A stretch of DNA of 64,000 nt from Blepharisma stoltei ATCC 30299 (GCA_965603825.1 CBFDEM010000024.1:558001-622000); one strand, 5' to 3'; shown: positions 14,498 through 30,112, numbered from the stretch's first letter. The notes: generated by a model not told the origin, from the sequence alone. Numbers and translations: made by a program.

Positions 14498-14842
14498 TTT
14501 AATTTAATAAATTTTAGATTCAAAATTCAAAAAATATAATGGTAATTTTTATTTTTAAATAAATATTTCAACCATAATTTATAGAAAATAAACATTGATC
14601 CTAAGCAAATAAAGAATCATCGATAAAATTCCTAATAAAATGTCGTACACAGTTCCATCAAATTAATAAAAGATTTTATTTTATATTGAATCTTAAAATT
14701 TCTCCTTTTTTTAAATCTGTTCAAAAAATGTCCTTTTAGTCAAATAAAGCGAAAATTGATTATTGATTTTTTCTCTAAATGAATAATCATTTATTCGTTT
14801 TAAAATTTGAATCTACATGAATCGATTAATAAATTAAAGATC

Positions 14843-17800
14843 ATGAAATATATGGTTTTATTTCTCGTTTTAGTTATTGGCTTTAACCCAGATAGAATCC
14901 CATCAACAAACCCTCCACCAAATGCCCGAGCGAATTTACTTATGGACAATTTTCCGGAGCTTCATATGATAATGGTTTATGGAGGTTTTTCTGACCCAGC
15001 TGATACTATTTATGGGGATATATGAACTTTTGATTTATTAACCGAAACATGAGACAGACTCGTTCCTTCAGATGGAATTTCTCCTAGTAATACCTAAATA
15101 GCTGGAAGATATAGTGGAGGCTCTTTTGGGATTATACATCAAGCTTTATATTGTATTTTTGGAGGAATGTCTCTCGCTGGACCTTTAAATGATTTGTGAT
15201 GTTTCCGCGCACAAGGATGACTATGAGAACAAGTTATAACGACTGGAGATATTCCTTCACCAAGAATGAGATTTGGCTATACATCCTTTTATGATGAAAA
15301 TAATACCTTACTCTTTGCAGTTTTAGGAGGTGTAACTTTAACTGGAATCGATAATACCCTTTATATGTAAATTTCATATAGCCTCGACACTTCAACTTGA
15401 ATTTGATCCAGAAAACAAGCATCCGGCGACCCTCCTAAAAACTTAGAAGGGCCAGCTCTTGTACATTACAAAAACAGACTTTATACGGCCGGTGGGGAAA
15501 ATACTTTTGCAAAAATTTCTCATATAGAAACACTGCTCTATTTTGGCTTGGACGACAATAAATGACATAATATTACTTCCGATAAGACTTATACGTCAAG
15601 AATTCTTGGAGGGAGTTTTTTGAAAAATTCTGAACTATACTTAATGATGGGTTTTTCAATAGAGAAAAATGCACACGAAAGCAGGTGATATAAAGTTGAT
15701 TTAGAAGACCCTAATCATGACTGAATAGAGGTTACTATTCAAGGAGATACTAATAAAGACTTAGAAATTGATAGTTATGGGTATACATATTTCAATGAAA
15801 CTTTATGAATTTTTGGAGGTGATGAAAATCCTCCTATAATAAACCGTTTAGTTATATTTAACTTATCAACTTCACCAATTGAATCCTCTATTTATGAAAA
15901 TGATTTATCTCCAAGTCCAAGGATGTATCACTCAATGCAGCCAATAGGTCAAAATTTATATTTATTTGGTGGGTTAGGCGACAATGGAGCACTTTATAAT
16001 GATTTATGAGCTTTTGATGTCATGAAGGAAAAATGAAGCTTAACCAATCCTACAGGTGATGTCCCACCTAAAAGGTACGGATATGCGTCTGCAGTAAATG
16101 CTGATGTTATGCTTGTATGAGGTGGATATGGCCAAGAAGGGTATTTAAATGATGGCTACTTATATGATATCAGTTCAAAACAATGATTTGCTATAGAATA
16201 CATAGGAACAGCCCCAGCTCCTAGGCTAGGGGCATGCGCAGGGTTAAGCGGATTTTTTATATATATTTATGGAGGAGAAACTGAAGTAGGACTGTCTGAC
16301 GAGCTATGGATTTATGACATGACGTCAAAAAAATACAATTTAATCAATAGTGGAGATGATGATGGCCCAGGGCCTGTTTATTATGCTACCTGCAGAACAG
16401 ACACACTTAAAAGTAATTTTCTATGAGTACTTTATGGAGAAGCAGAAGATGATACCCCTACTAATCAAATTTATGGTTATGACGCAGACCAAAGCAAATG
16501 AATTGCTTTTTATGACGATTCAACTAATACAACGTACAGCAGAAGCAGGGCAGCTGTATGCAAACCCTTGGAAAGGGTTTTAGTTGTGGGAGGTGAATCA
16601 TTTGCACTGTATCCTAATAATGATATTTTTTATTTTTCGATGGAAGACTTGGGATTTACAAAGCTTGGTAATATTGCTGATACTTTCTTTGCATCTGCTT
16701 CTGCGTATTTTCAGAATTATTTTTATATACATGGAGGAGGAACTACAGCAACTAGTCTTTTGAGGTTTAGCGTTCCAAGCAATATATTTTTAAGACTCCC
16801 AATGTGGTCATTTTGCAATGATAATGTAACTTGTAATTTTGCATGCGGATATGGAAGCTATAGGACATCTTCTAATTGTGAAATCTGCCCATTGGGGACA
16901 TATTCAGATAGATTTAACGCAACTGAATGTAAATCTTGCCCTGTAGGAAAGTATGGTCCACACTATGGAGCGACAAGTTTAGACATGTGCTATCCCTGTC
17001 CTGAAGGAGAATATAATAATCATGAAGGACAAGCCCATTGCTTGGATTGTCCTCATACGTCGACCTGTAAAGTTGGGAGCATGTCTTATAACTATACAAT
17101 AGACACTTATGAAGACTCATATAGTCAACCTGCTATTTATTCTTCCAATAATGATGATGCTGACCAAAATAGTCTTATAATTGAAATTGTTGTAGGGGCA
17201 GTAGGAGCACTAGCGTTAATTTCATTCTTTCTGTCAAGAAAATCGAGAATGTTTTTAATTCGTTTTGACTTATACCCTGCGAAACATAACCATTCTATAG
17301 GAGTGCCGATGATGCTAAAGCGTACCAAAATAGGAGGGATTTTTGGAATTATTTTTCTCTTTTTAGCAATCATTATAATAGGAGTAGAAGTTACAAATTT
17401 TGCACTTAAGAATATTTATGAAACAAAAAGTCTTGTCCCATTAGTCGTACTTGAACAAGATATTGAAAAGGTAACTTTTATTCAGTTTGAAGCATTGTTT
17501 TTAATAAAAATTACATTAATGAATTACGGCAGCAAATGTGATGAAGGGTACTGTGCAAATAATAATATATATACTGAAATTTCCGGAATTTCAGGAAATT
17601 GGACAGCTCCAAAATGTGAACATATAGAATACAGCGGAGACTGTGTAATTTCAACGACATGTATAGAATGTTCAATCTCTAAGCAGGGCACACTTACTGT
17701 CACTATGGATGACACAAATGGATACACCTCAGGATATTCAGTAAATGTTACTGCTTCTTCGTCTATCCCAAACAAATTTAGCAGCTATAAAACTTATGTT

Positions 17801-18361
17801 CTACCTGATAGCAATCATATCTTTATAGGAAGTGACCCAACTGTAATCTATTTTGACATAATTCCATCAGTAATTAATATTTAGTACTATGAAGATACTG
17901 AAGAAACTGGAAATCACACAGGATATCACATATCATTAGATAAAGTACCCCATAAAGGAGCACAATTTAAGCCTTATGAGTAAAAAATATATAGACTTGG
18001 GCTTGCATATATTAATTACTTGAAAATAGTATTCGATGTAGACAATAACGGACTTACTACTACGAGATATTATAACCAAACGTGAATAGTTTTATTAACT
18101 ACACTATTAGGCTCTGTGTTTGGAGTAATGGAGTCTGTGGGCAGTGCTATGAAATTCGTTGAAAAAAATGCATATGCCTATAACAAAAGGAGAAAACATA
18201 GAAGTCTTTTGGGGCAACTTGAAAAAAATTCAAAAACAATAGCAAAGCTAAGAGAAGATCCGTGCTTTAAGCCTCAAAAAGAACCGGATTCTTCTAATAC
18301 AGTCCAAACAGTGAATGATGCATTAGAAAAATCTAAATTAAAGCCAGACGTGTTAGGTTAG
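14843..18361 (+). CDS. Array copy 5 (subtype A), 1147 aa
   Basis: First ATG gives signal peptide MKYMVLFLVLVIG. Introns 15087-15101, 15367-15381, 17471-17485, 17870-17884, 17980-17994. Spliced length 3444 nt. Confidence 0.9.
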
Positions 18362-18531
18362 AATGATTTTATTAAAAGAAAATTATCTTTAAAATATTTT
18401 TACTTTGAAAAAACAAATAAAATAAGACCGAAATTTCTATACATAAAATTGCAAAATCGAGTTTATAATGATTTCTAGTCATTTTGAGAGTTTATCTATA
18501 CGTAGAAATAATAATATTTAAATTTGAAATA

Positions 18532-21500
18532 ATGTACATTAAGGCGTTTCTTATTTTTTGCTTCAGCGTTATCTATGGCTTAAAAATTGATCGTATTCCT
18601 ACTACTAATCCTCCTCCTAGTGCTCGAGTTTATCCTTTAATGCAAAGCTACCCAAATTATGATTGTGTTCTCGTGTATTCAGGATATCCAGACTTTAAGT
18701 CTATTTATAGTGACATCTGGCTTTTTAACACCACACTTTTCCTATGGGAGCGGCTTTTTCCTTCAAATGATGAAAAACCAGGTAAAATCTATTTAGTTTC
18801 AAGGTATAACGGAGGGTCTTTTATATCAGAAGAAAAACGTCTTTTTTATATTTTTGGTGGAATGTCGCTTTCTGGTCCTTTAAATGACTTATGGAGATTC
18901 CAAGCAGATGGATTTTTATGAACGAAAATTACAACAAAAGGACCTATTCCATCCCCTAGAATAAGATTTGGGTATACTTCTTATAATGATGACTATGGAA
19001 ATTTACAATTTGCTATATTTGGAGGGATAACAGGCTATGGAACAGATAACGGTCTTTTTATGTAAAAATTTACTTAGACTTAATACAACTACTTGGACAT
19101 GAAATAATTTGACTACAGGCCATCCGCCTAAGCTTGAGGGGCCTGCATTAAACTATCATAACAAGAAACTATATTTAGCAGGTGGATATGCCCCTTATTT
19201 AGAAAATCCATATACTCACACATTTTTTTATTATGATTTAGTATCAAATAAATGAGTAAATGCTACTTCTGAAAAAACTTATACCCCGAGAATACATCAT
19301 GGGCATTTTATATATAAGGATCAATTATTTTTGATGTCAGGGTATAATTTATTGACAAACTCTATTGATAATTCCTGATACAAAGTAAACTTGACTGATC
19401 CAAGCTATAATTGGGTTAAAGTAGAAATTATAGATAATGATTATTATACATGGCATGATAGCTATGGTTTTGCACTTTTTGAGGACAAAATTTTTACTTT
19501 TGGGGGTAATAAAATATCAGATATTACCAACAGATTGTCAATTTACAACTTAAAAACAGACCCTATTGATATGTATGCTCTTTCAGAAAATGTTTCTCCT
19601 TCGCCTAGAATGTATCATTCTTTTCAAGAAATAGGGCAATATCTTTATACATTTGGAGGAATAGGGGATAATGGTGAACTTTTAAACGATTTATGAAGAT
19701 TTGATACCATAAATGAAAGTTGAGAAATAAAGCTCCCTAATGGAGACATCCCATCTAAAAGGCACAGCTATGCTTCAGCTTCTGATGGAGACCATATGCT
19801 TATATGAGGTGGAAAAGGCCAGGAAGGCTACTTAAATGATGGGTATTTTTATAACATAAATACCAATATGTGGTATCCATTAGTATTTTCAGGAACTAAC
19901 CCAAGCCCAAGAGTAGGCGCTTGTATAGGACTAAAAGGAGAAACTGTTTATTTATACGGCGGTGAAGCAGATGCTGGGCTATCTGATGAATTTTGATATT
20001 ACAGCATTGACACACAAACTTACACACTTTTAGATTCAGATAACTTAAATGGTCCTGGCCCATTAATTTATCCTACCTGCAAACTTTCAGCTACTACCGC
20101 CACCTTATTCTATATAATGTATGGTGAAAGTGATGATAATTTTTCAACAAATAAAATATATGGATATACTGTAAATACAGGAAGATGGACAAAATACTAT
20201 GATGAAAGCACAGATACATTACACAAAAAAAGCCGAGCTGCAATTTTAAAGGTTCCAAGCATGGTTCTCATGGCTGGTGGTGAATCAGATGGAATTTACC
20301 CAGATATTATTATTTATACTTATGGGACTAAAACTGGGCAATGAGAAGATCTTGGATTTATGCTTTTTTCAGTTATAGGTCCGGCATCTACATATTTTAA
20401 GAATTATTTTTATATCCACGGAGGGGCAACTGCTGAAAGGGCTTTATTAAGATTCAGTGTGCCTTCCAATAAATTTATCCGTATGGACTTAGGAGCATTA
20501 TGCACAAGCGAAGAGTGCCCTTTTACTTGCAGCCCTGGGACCTATATAACTTCTTCAGGTTGTGAAATTTGTCCACCAGGGACATATTCTCAAGACTTTG
20601 GTCAATTTAAATGCATGCTTTGCCCTAGAGGAAAATATAACCCTCATTCTGCCGCTACAACAGGAGATATGTGCTATCCTTGTCAGCAAGGGCAATTTAG
20701 TAATAAAGAAGGCCAAAGACTTTGCAATGACTGTCCATTTGGAGCAGCTTGCAATATAGGGAGCCTAAATTATGAATTCAAAATATTAAACCTCAATGAC
20801 TCATCAATCCAGCCATCATTATACAAATCAAACCAAAGCCAAGTCAATGAAAATAATATGATCACAGGGATTGTTGTAGGCTCTTTTGGAGCCATAATTA
20901 TTGTTTTATTGGTCGCAATAAAGAGAAATAGAGTATATCTCTTGGCTTGGGATTTATATACGGAAGAGCATAATTATTTAGAAAGAACACTTATGTATAT
21001 AAGAAGAACAAGGGTTGGTGGGATATTTGGGATTGCCTTTATATTTGTAGCAATAGCCATCATTGAAATTTTGATTGTGAATTATTTGAAAAAAAATGAA
21101 TATGAGACTAAAAGCTTGGTACCACTTGTAGTGCTGAAACAAGATGTGCCAAATGTAAACTTTATGTAGTTTGAAGGGGATTTTTATATTACAATAACAC
21201 TTATGAATTATGGAGGGATTTGTGCTAATATTGATAATTATAATAATATAGTGTGCCCTTCATCTATTTCTTATAAAATTGAAGGAATTACTGGCAGCTG
21301 GGAAGAGCAGCATTGTATGCATATGGAAAATGGAGACTGCATAATAAAAATTAACTGTGCCAAATGCTCAATTGATACGCAAGGATATGTATATTATACG
21401 ATGGACGACTCAAACGGATACACTTCAGGATTTATAGTAAATGTGACTTCATCTTCATCTATTCCTGATAAATCAAGCAGCTATAAAACTGCAGTTTTGC

Positions 21501-22027
21501 CTGAAAATAATTACGTGTTCATCGGTGGAACCACGACAATATATTATGATATGATCCCATCAGTAACCAATATTTAGTACTACGAAGATACAATATATAA
21601 TAAAGATGATACCGGATACCACGTTGAAGTTAAAAATATTCCAGACAAAGGCTTGCAATATCAATCTATTGAGTAAAATTTATATAGACTGGGAAATGCA
21701 TTTATTAATTATTTAACCTTGGAGCTTGATCTTGATGGAAATGGGCTTGTTACAAGTAAAGGGGCTAAGCAAACTTTTATAAACCTTATTTCTGCACTTT
21801 TAGGATCTGTTATAGCTGTTTTAAAGATTTTAGGAACTGCAATGGGGACGACTGAGGACAGCTGGCACCAGATAAAGAAAACTTCAGTGCATCGGAAATT
21901 GGTAAAAGAAACAAAAAGAAATGCAGAAAATATCCATAGTTCTTATGGAAAATGGCAAAAGAACGGCTATGATGATGCTATGTCTTCTGAAGGAATGGAA
22001 GAGCTAGATTTTAATTATGAAAAATAA
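18532..22027 (+). CDS. Array copy 6 (subtype B), 1139 aa
   Basis: Signal peptide MYIKAFLIFCFSVIYG. Introns 18782-18796, 19062-19077 (16 nt), 21155-21169, 21563-21577, 21673-21687. Spliced length 3420 nt. Confidence 0.9.
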
Positions 22028-22529
22028 AACTAGAATTTATTTAAATAAATAATATTTACAAGAAATAAGAAAAAGATAGATATGCATTTTTGAGTCCTTT
22101 GATAAATGTCGCTTATTAGAAACAATAATTTCTGGCTAATGATCATTTTCATTGTTAACAAAAATTATACTGCCAAAATAAAGTTATTAGCTCTATCAGG
22201 TTTTTAAATAAAAACCTTTATTATTTTGATATAATAATAAAATTATCTTATAAGTGTTATATAAAATTAGGGTAAAATTAAAATTGATAATCAACGGAAT
22301 ATACCGAAATATTGATTAAAATAATGATTAATTATAAATGTCTAACAGAAAAGATGGGGAAGTCCATCTTAAGAATTATTTATGATTATTTCAAGTTTTT
22401 CATAACAGCAATATTTTTTAATATCATAAAAATTAATTCTAATATTTCTAGTTTAATATCTAATATTTAGGCAATTTTATTATTAATAATATGATCAGAA
22501 TAATGAAATATAAAGGATAGTAAATAATA

Positions 22530-25500
22530 ATGGTTTCCTCAGTACTTTTATACTATCTACTTCTCAGGGTTCATAGCTTGCTAATCGAAAGAATTCCATC
22601 CACAGGCACTCCTCCAGAGGCAAGAGCTTTATGTATTATGGAAACCTTTGAAGATCTTAACGTTACATTAGTTTTTGGAGGATACTCAGATCCCAGAAAT
22701 GCTTTTAATGACCTATGGAGTTTTGATTTACAAAGAAATATATGAAGCAGACTTTCAGCTTCAGATGGAATTTATCCAGGTAAAGCCTAATTTAGTTTCT
22801 AGATATAATGGTGGATCATTTATTTCATCAAAAGATTTTTATTTATATATATTCGGAGGGATGTCTGTATCAGGACCATTAAATGATTTATGAAGGTTCC
22901 AAGTGGACGGATTTTTGTGAACACAAATAGTTACATCGGGAGGCATCCCATCTCCAAGGCTAAAGTTTGGATATTGCTCATTTACTCAAAATAATATTTT
23001 AAAATTCGCTGTTTTTGGAGGCTTGACTATGAAAGGAGATGATAATAATCTTTTTTTGTAAAATTCATATAGACTTGATACTTCAACTTGAACATGAGAA
23101 AAACTGCAACAAAATGGGGATATTCCGCCTGCAATTGAAGGAGCAAGCCTGGTTTATTATAATAATTGCTTATTTATAGCAGGAGGTGAAGCATCGAATA
23201 CTACAAATATGTATTTGCAGACATTTTATTTATATGATTTAAGCAATAATAAATGAAAAAATATAACTTCATCGAATACTTATTCACCAAGGATTTTCTA
23301 TGGAAGTTTACTATATAATGAAGAACTGTATTTATTGCACGGCTATTCTAATTTACTTAAGAAAAATAACCCAGATTGATACAAAGTTAATTTATTAGAC
23401 AGTAATTATGAGTGAAGCCAAGTTCAATTAGATGATAATACAAATGGAGTATTATCAGTAAATAGTTATGGCTCTACTTTATATAATTCGAAAATCCTTG
23501 TATTTGGTGGAAATCAAAATCCCCCAATAGTAAATCAATTAGTTATTTTTGACTTAGAGTTTTCTCCAATCAAATATCAAGTTTATGATAGGTATAAGTC
23601 TCCAAGTCCAAGAATGTATCATTCAATGCAAGCAATGAACCACAATTTATATTTATTTGGTGGGTTGGGTGCTAATGAAGAGCTTTATAACGATTTATGG
23701 ACTTTTAATTGCATTGATGATACTTGAAATAACATTGATGCAACTGGAGACATTCCTTCCAAACGATACGGATATGCATCAGCTGCAAATGCAGGATTAA
23801 TGGTTGTATGAGGAGGCTATGGAGCTAATGGGTATTTAAATGATGGCTATATCCTTGACATTACTGCAAATTCATGGCATAGTATGGATTATTTTGGTGA
23901 TGCTCCAAGTCCAAGAGTAGGTGCATGCGGTGCACAAATGGGATCAAAAATAGCCATATATGGAGGATTAACTGAATCAGGACTTTCTGATGAACTCTGG
24001 GTCTATGATTTTACTACATCTCAATATACTCTTCTTGACTATAACAATACTAAAGGTCCTGGGAAATTATATTATGCTACTTGTAGGATGTCTACATCAA
24101 CACCTAACTTTGTGTATGTGTTATATGGAGAAGGCGAAGATGAAGTCCCTCTTAATGGAGTTTTCACTTTTAATATGTCAAGCAAAATTTGGATTGCAAA
24201 TTATACAGATAAAGTTGATCTTACTTGAGCTAGAGCTAAAAGCTCAGTTTATAAGCTAAAAACAAGGATTTTGGTCATAGGAGGAGAATCATTTGGAAGT
24301 TATCCTAATAGTGAAATTTTTTATTTAGATACCTCAAAAAATACACATGTGCAAATCGGATCTTTAGACTCTGCCATATTTGCTGCAGCTTTTGCATACT
24401 TTCAAAATTATGTTTATATACATGGAGGAGGTACAGCAGTTGGCTCCTTATTAAGATTTAATGTCCCTTCTAATAAATTCATTAGAGTTCATCTATGATC
24501 TGACTGTGCTGACAATACCACTTGTTTTTGGGCTTGCAGCCCAGGGACTTATAGAACTAATAATTGTTTTGTATGCCCACCTGGGACTTATTCAGATGGA
24601 TTTAATCACACATTTTGCGATAAATGCCTAGAAGGCAAATATAACGCTGAATATGGCGCCACATCTAAAGATTTATGCTACCCATGCCAAGAAGGCACTT
24701 ATAATGATCAAAAAGGGACTGCACGTTGTCTATGGTGTCCATATGGCTCAAATTGTGATGTAGGAAGTGTAGACTATAACTACCAGCTCCTTGTCTATGA
24801 CGATAAATCAATTCAACCAGCAATTTATATCTCAGATACGAACCAAATCGACGAAACAACTTTTATTATCCAAAGTACCGTTGGTTTTGCAGGATTGCTC
24901 GTCATTATTTTATTTATTTTTGTTAAAAAAGGCAGAGAATTTTTAGAAGACGCAGATTTGTATACAAATGGCCATAATCATTTAGCAGGCCAAGCGATGT
25001 ATTTAAAGAAGACTAAAATAGGTGGGCTTTTTAGTATTATTTTCATATTTATAGCTATTATAGCAGTTGGTACAGCTCTGGTGAATTATTCATTAAATAA
25101 TGTATACGAAGTTAAAAGCTTGGTGCCGTTGGTAGTACTCAAGCAGGATGTCCCTGAGGTAAATTTTATATAGTTTATTGGAGATTTCATAATAACAGTT
25201 ACTTTGATACATTATGGAGGTACTTGCACATCGAAAAACGATTGCTCATCAGAATTGTCTCATATAATTACAGGAATTAATGGCTCTTTCAGCAAATCTT
25301 CATGTAGGTCTTATGATAATGGAAACTGTGACATCACTATTTTATGCAAGAGCTGTGAAGTATTAAGCTACGCACAAATTTCATACTCCATGAATAATCA
25401 AAATGGCTACGTTTCAGGTTTTACTGTAAATGTAACCTTTTCCTCATCAATCCCCAATGAAAAAAGCAGCTACGAAATGACCCTTGAGCCATCTGAAAAT

Positions 25501-26019
25501 CATGTGTTTTCTGGGAACACCCCATCTGAGGTTTATTTTTATACAATTCCTTCAGTAAATTTTATTTAGCTTTATTCAGAAACTTGAACTAAAAAAAATC
25601 AGACAGGATATCATGTTTCATTAAAACAGCCCTCTGATAAAGGCTCAGAGTATCAGGCATTTGAGTAAAACTTATATAGGCTTGCCTTAGCATTTAACTC
25701 GTATTTAAATATAAAATTCGATATCGGAACAAATGGACTTGTGACTACTAGAAATGTTAGCCAAACATTTATCATTTTAATAACTACGCTTTTAGGGTCT
25801 GTTTTTGGGATTATGGGGAGTATTGGAGGGATAATGAAGCTTGTTGAAGAAAAGTGGATTAATATTGAAAAGAAATTAAAAGAAAAATCATCTTATGAAA
25901 AATCACTAGAAAACGTTGAAATGATTTCGGGCACATATGAGCGCTCCAATGGCTTGGGTTTAAATGAGCCTGATTTTTCTGAAAAACTCGTAATATCTGA
26001 CAAAATTTTTATGATATAG
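22530..26019 (+). CDS. Array copy 7 (subtype C), 1137 aa
   Basis: Signal peptide MVSSVLLYYLLLRVHS. Introns 22780-22795 (16 nt), 23058-23072, 25159-25173, 25555-25569, 25665-25679. Spliced length 3414 nt. Confidence 0.9.
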
Positions 26020-26623
26020 ATGAAAATTTTCCTGTGCTTTTTTTTAAAGTCAAGCGTCAAGGTAAATTGCGTCAAGATTAGAATTGTTTTTTTTGATGAA
26101 TAATTAAGCATTTGTGTACTTATATAATTTTATTTAATTAAATTTTCTGTTATAAATAACATAAAAATTAGTTATAAATTTTCTTTATAGTAAAACAAAA
26201 AGATTAATTTATAAGGTATTTTGCTTAGATATAAAGTTTTGTTTGAAATAAAACAAATCGGTTCCTTGAATTTTGCAATCATATTCAAATCAATAAATAA
26301 ATATAATTTAATATTAAATTTACGTTTAAATTGAGCTTTGCATAGTCAAACTCTATGAGAAAAAGAAACACAACAAAAATATCAAATAATTGATTTAAAT
26401 AGATCTGGCACTTAAGAGAAATTCAGATATTTAAGCTTTGTGAAGTAGAAAATCGGAATATATCAGGGAAATAATTTTTGCAGCTATTTGGGGTCATATA
26501 CTTAAATTTATAAAAATTCTTCAAAAATAGATTTTTTTTAATCTCAAATTTCTGCTCAATTAGCAGTAAAAATTTAAAAAGTTACGATGATAAAAGTCAT
26601 ATTTAAAAGGCTTTATATAATTA

Positions 26624-29600
26624 ATGGCTTTCCTTTCATTTCTGTTCTGCTTTCTATTTCAAGTCAATAGCTTGCTAATAGAAAGAATCCCTTCCACGAG
26701 TACACCTCCAGTAGCGAGATCTTTATGTGCTATGGAAGCTTTTCCAGATCTTAACGTAACTATAGTGTTTGGAGGCTACACAGATCCTAGAAATGCGGTT
26801 AGTGATTTATGAAGTTTTGACTTGGAAAGAAAAATTTGAAGTCGACTTGCAGCTTCAAATGATATTTACCCTAGTAACTTTAATTTAGCAGCACGATATA
26901 ATGGAGCTTCTTTTACAAGTTCAAGTGACTTGTATTTTTATATATTTGGTGGAATGTCAGTATCTGGCCCTTTAAATGACTTATGAAGATTTCAAGTTGA
27001 AGGCTTTTTATGAACCCAAATCATCACATCAGGGGATATTCCTACTCCTCGGCTCAAATTTGGCTATTCTGCCTTCACCCAAGACGATAATATTTTAAAA
27101 TTCGCAGTGTTCGGAGGTTTGACAATGAAAGGTGACGACAATAATCTTTATTTGTAAAATATATTCAGACTTGACACTTCGACTTGAAAATGAAAAAAAC
27201 TGCCTAAAAGTGGTGATATTCCGCCCGCAATTGAAGGAGCAACGCTAGACTATTATAACGGCTGTTTATTTATATCAGGCGGTGAGTCCAGAGGAGCAGC
27301 AAATCCATCAATACAAACTTTTTATTTATATAATTTGACTAGCCAAAAATGGACAAATATAACGTTAGCTTCTACATATACTTCAAGGACGTTACATGGG
27401 AGCGCATTAATTAATGATGAACTCTATTTAATGAACGGCTATTCAAGTGTAACTAAAAAAAACGTGCCTGAATGATATAAAGTAAGCTTATCTGACCCTA
27501 GTTATAATTGAAGCAAAGTTCAGTTTGATACCAATACGAGCAGCTTATTGTCATGGGACAGTTATGGGTATGCATATTTTAAATCAAATATCTTTATTTT
27601 TGCAGGTGATTTAAATCCGCCTATAGTTAACAGTTTTGTCATTTTTGATTTGCAATCCTCTATCATTAAATATGATGCTTATGACAGTTATCATTCTCCT
27701 AGTCCAAGAATGTACCATTCAATGCAAGCAATGAGCAATAATTTATATTTGTTTGGAGGGTTAGGAGTTGATGAAGAGCTTTATAATGATTTATGGACTT
27801 TTAATTGTGTTGATGAGACGTGAAAAGCTATTGACACAACTGGGAATATACCTTCTAAACGATATGGATATGCATCGGCAGCGAATGCAGATTTAATGCT
27901 TGTGTGAGGAGGATATGGTGTAAATGGGTATTTAAATGATGGGTACTTACTTGATATTACGTCAAATGCATGACATACTCTAACCTATTCTGGAGATGTC
28001 CCAAGTCCAAGAGTAGGAGCATGCGGCGCTCAGATGGGATCAAAAATCGTTATATATGGTGGATTAACAGAATCAGGACTTTCTGATGAGCTATGGGTTT
28101 ATGATTTGTCAACTTATCAATACACACTTTTAGACTATAGCAATACTAAAGGGCCTGGAAAATTATATTATGCTACTTGCAGAATGTCTACATCAACTCC
28201 GAATTTTGTATATGTACTGTATGGAGAAACTGAAGATGAAAAGCCACTGAATGGAGTTTTTACTTTTAACATGTCAAGTAAAGCCTGAATCGCTAATTAT
28301 ACAGATACAGTAGATCTTACATGGGCAAGAGCCAAAAGCTCAGTTTATAAGCTAAAAACAAGAATTTTGATCATAGGAGGAGAATCTTTCGGAAGTGAGC
28401 CAAATAATGAAATTTTTTATTTAGACACAAATAGTAATAAGCATGTACAGATCGGGAAATTAGAAAGTTCTATCTATGCAGCAGCTTTTGCTTATTTTCA
28501 AAATTACGTATATATACATGGTGGAGGAACTGCAGTTGGCTCTGTATTGAGATTTAACGTGCCTTCTAATAAATTCATAAGAATCCACTTATGATCTGAT
28601 TGCACTGACAATACAACATGTTTTTGGGCATGCAGCCCAGGGACTTATAGAAGTGATAACTGCATTATATGCCCGCCTGGGACTTATTCTGATGGCTTTA
28701 ATCATACTTTTTGTGATAAATGCCCTCAAGGGAAATATAATGGCCATCATGGAGCAACTTCTAAAGACTTATGCTATCCCTGCCAAGAAGGTACTTATAA
28801 TAAGCTAAAAGGAGCTGCAGCCTGCTTAAAATGCCCATATGGATCTAAATGTGATGTAGGCAGTGTTGACTTTAGTTTCGTTTCCAAAACTTATGACGAT
28901 AAATCAGATCAGCCAGCACTTTATACACCAGACACTGACCGGGTAAAAAATGATACGTTTATTATTCAAAGCCTTGTTGGGTTTATAGGACTATGTGTTA
29001 TTCTTCTATTAATTTTTGTAAAAAAAGGAAGGGAACTGCTTGAAGACGTTGACTTGTACACAAATTTTCATAATCATATTATAGGAAGAGTGATGTATTT
29101 GAAGCAGACTTGGCTTGGAGGAGTTTTCAGTATCATTTTCATATTTCTTGCAATTATGGCTGTCGGTACAGCTTTAGTTAATTACGCTTTGAATAACACA
29201 TATGAAGTAAAAAGCTTAGTACCACTAGTCGTCCTTGAGCAAGACGTGTCTAACGTAAATTCTACATAGTATATTGGTGATTTCACAATAATCGTTACAT
29301 TAATCCACTATGGAGGAACTTGCATGGCAACTAACGAATGCTCATCTGAGCTCACACAAACTATTACTGGGATTAATGGCTCTTTAACTAAATCTACATG
29401 TCAAGCATATGATAATGGGAATTGCGAAATTACGATTAAATGCAAAAACTGTGAAATATTGAGTTATGCCCAAATTTCATATGCCATGAATAACCAAAAC
29501 GGCTATGTTTCAGGTTTCACTGTAAATGTCACAGCTTCTTCATCTATTCCTAATGAAAAAAGCAGCTATGAGACAACTATTGAGCCATCTAAAAATTTTG

Positions 29601-30112
29601 TGTTTATGGGAACAGTTCCATCAGTGGTTTATTTTTATGCTATTCCTTCAGTAATTTTTATTTAGTATTATTCTGAAACACAAACTGATAAAAATCAGAC
29701 AGGATATCATATATCCTTGAAACAAGCATCAGAAAAAGGATCAGAGTATCAAGCATTTGAGTAAAATTTATATAGACTTGGTATAGCGTTTAATTCATAC
29801 TTAAATATCAAATTTGACACAGGAACAAATGGGCTTGTGACAACGAGAAATGTCCGCCAAACGTGGATTATTTTAATTACTACACTTTTAGGGTCTGTTT
29901 TTGGAATTATGGGAAGTATTGGTGGGATAATGAAGCTAGTGGAGAAAAGATGGACAAAAATCAAAAAAATGTTAAAGAAAAAGTCTGCATACTTGAAGGC
30001 TGAGGAAAATGCTGACATTATCACAAGTTCATATGAAATCCCACACTTTTATGAAGAACCATCTTCATCGCCCAAGGAAAGTCAGCCAGCATTTAAATTG
30101 TTTATTATATAA
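26624..30112 (+). CDS. Array copy 8 (subtype C), 1137 aa
   Basis: Signal peptide MAFLSFLFCFLFQVNS. Introns 26874-26888, 27154-27168, 29255-29269, 29651-29665, 29761-29775. Spliced length 3414 nt. Confidence 0.9.

Noticed and set aside
22351-22370. Inverted repeat aagatgg...ccatctt in the spacer between copies 6 and 7
   Set aside because: A 7-bp stem is expected by chance in 64 kb, and I did not see it in the other spacers.
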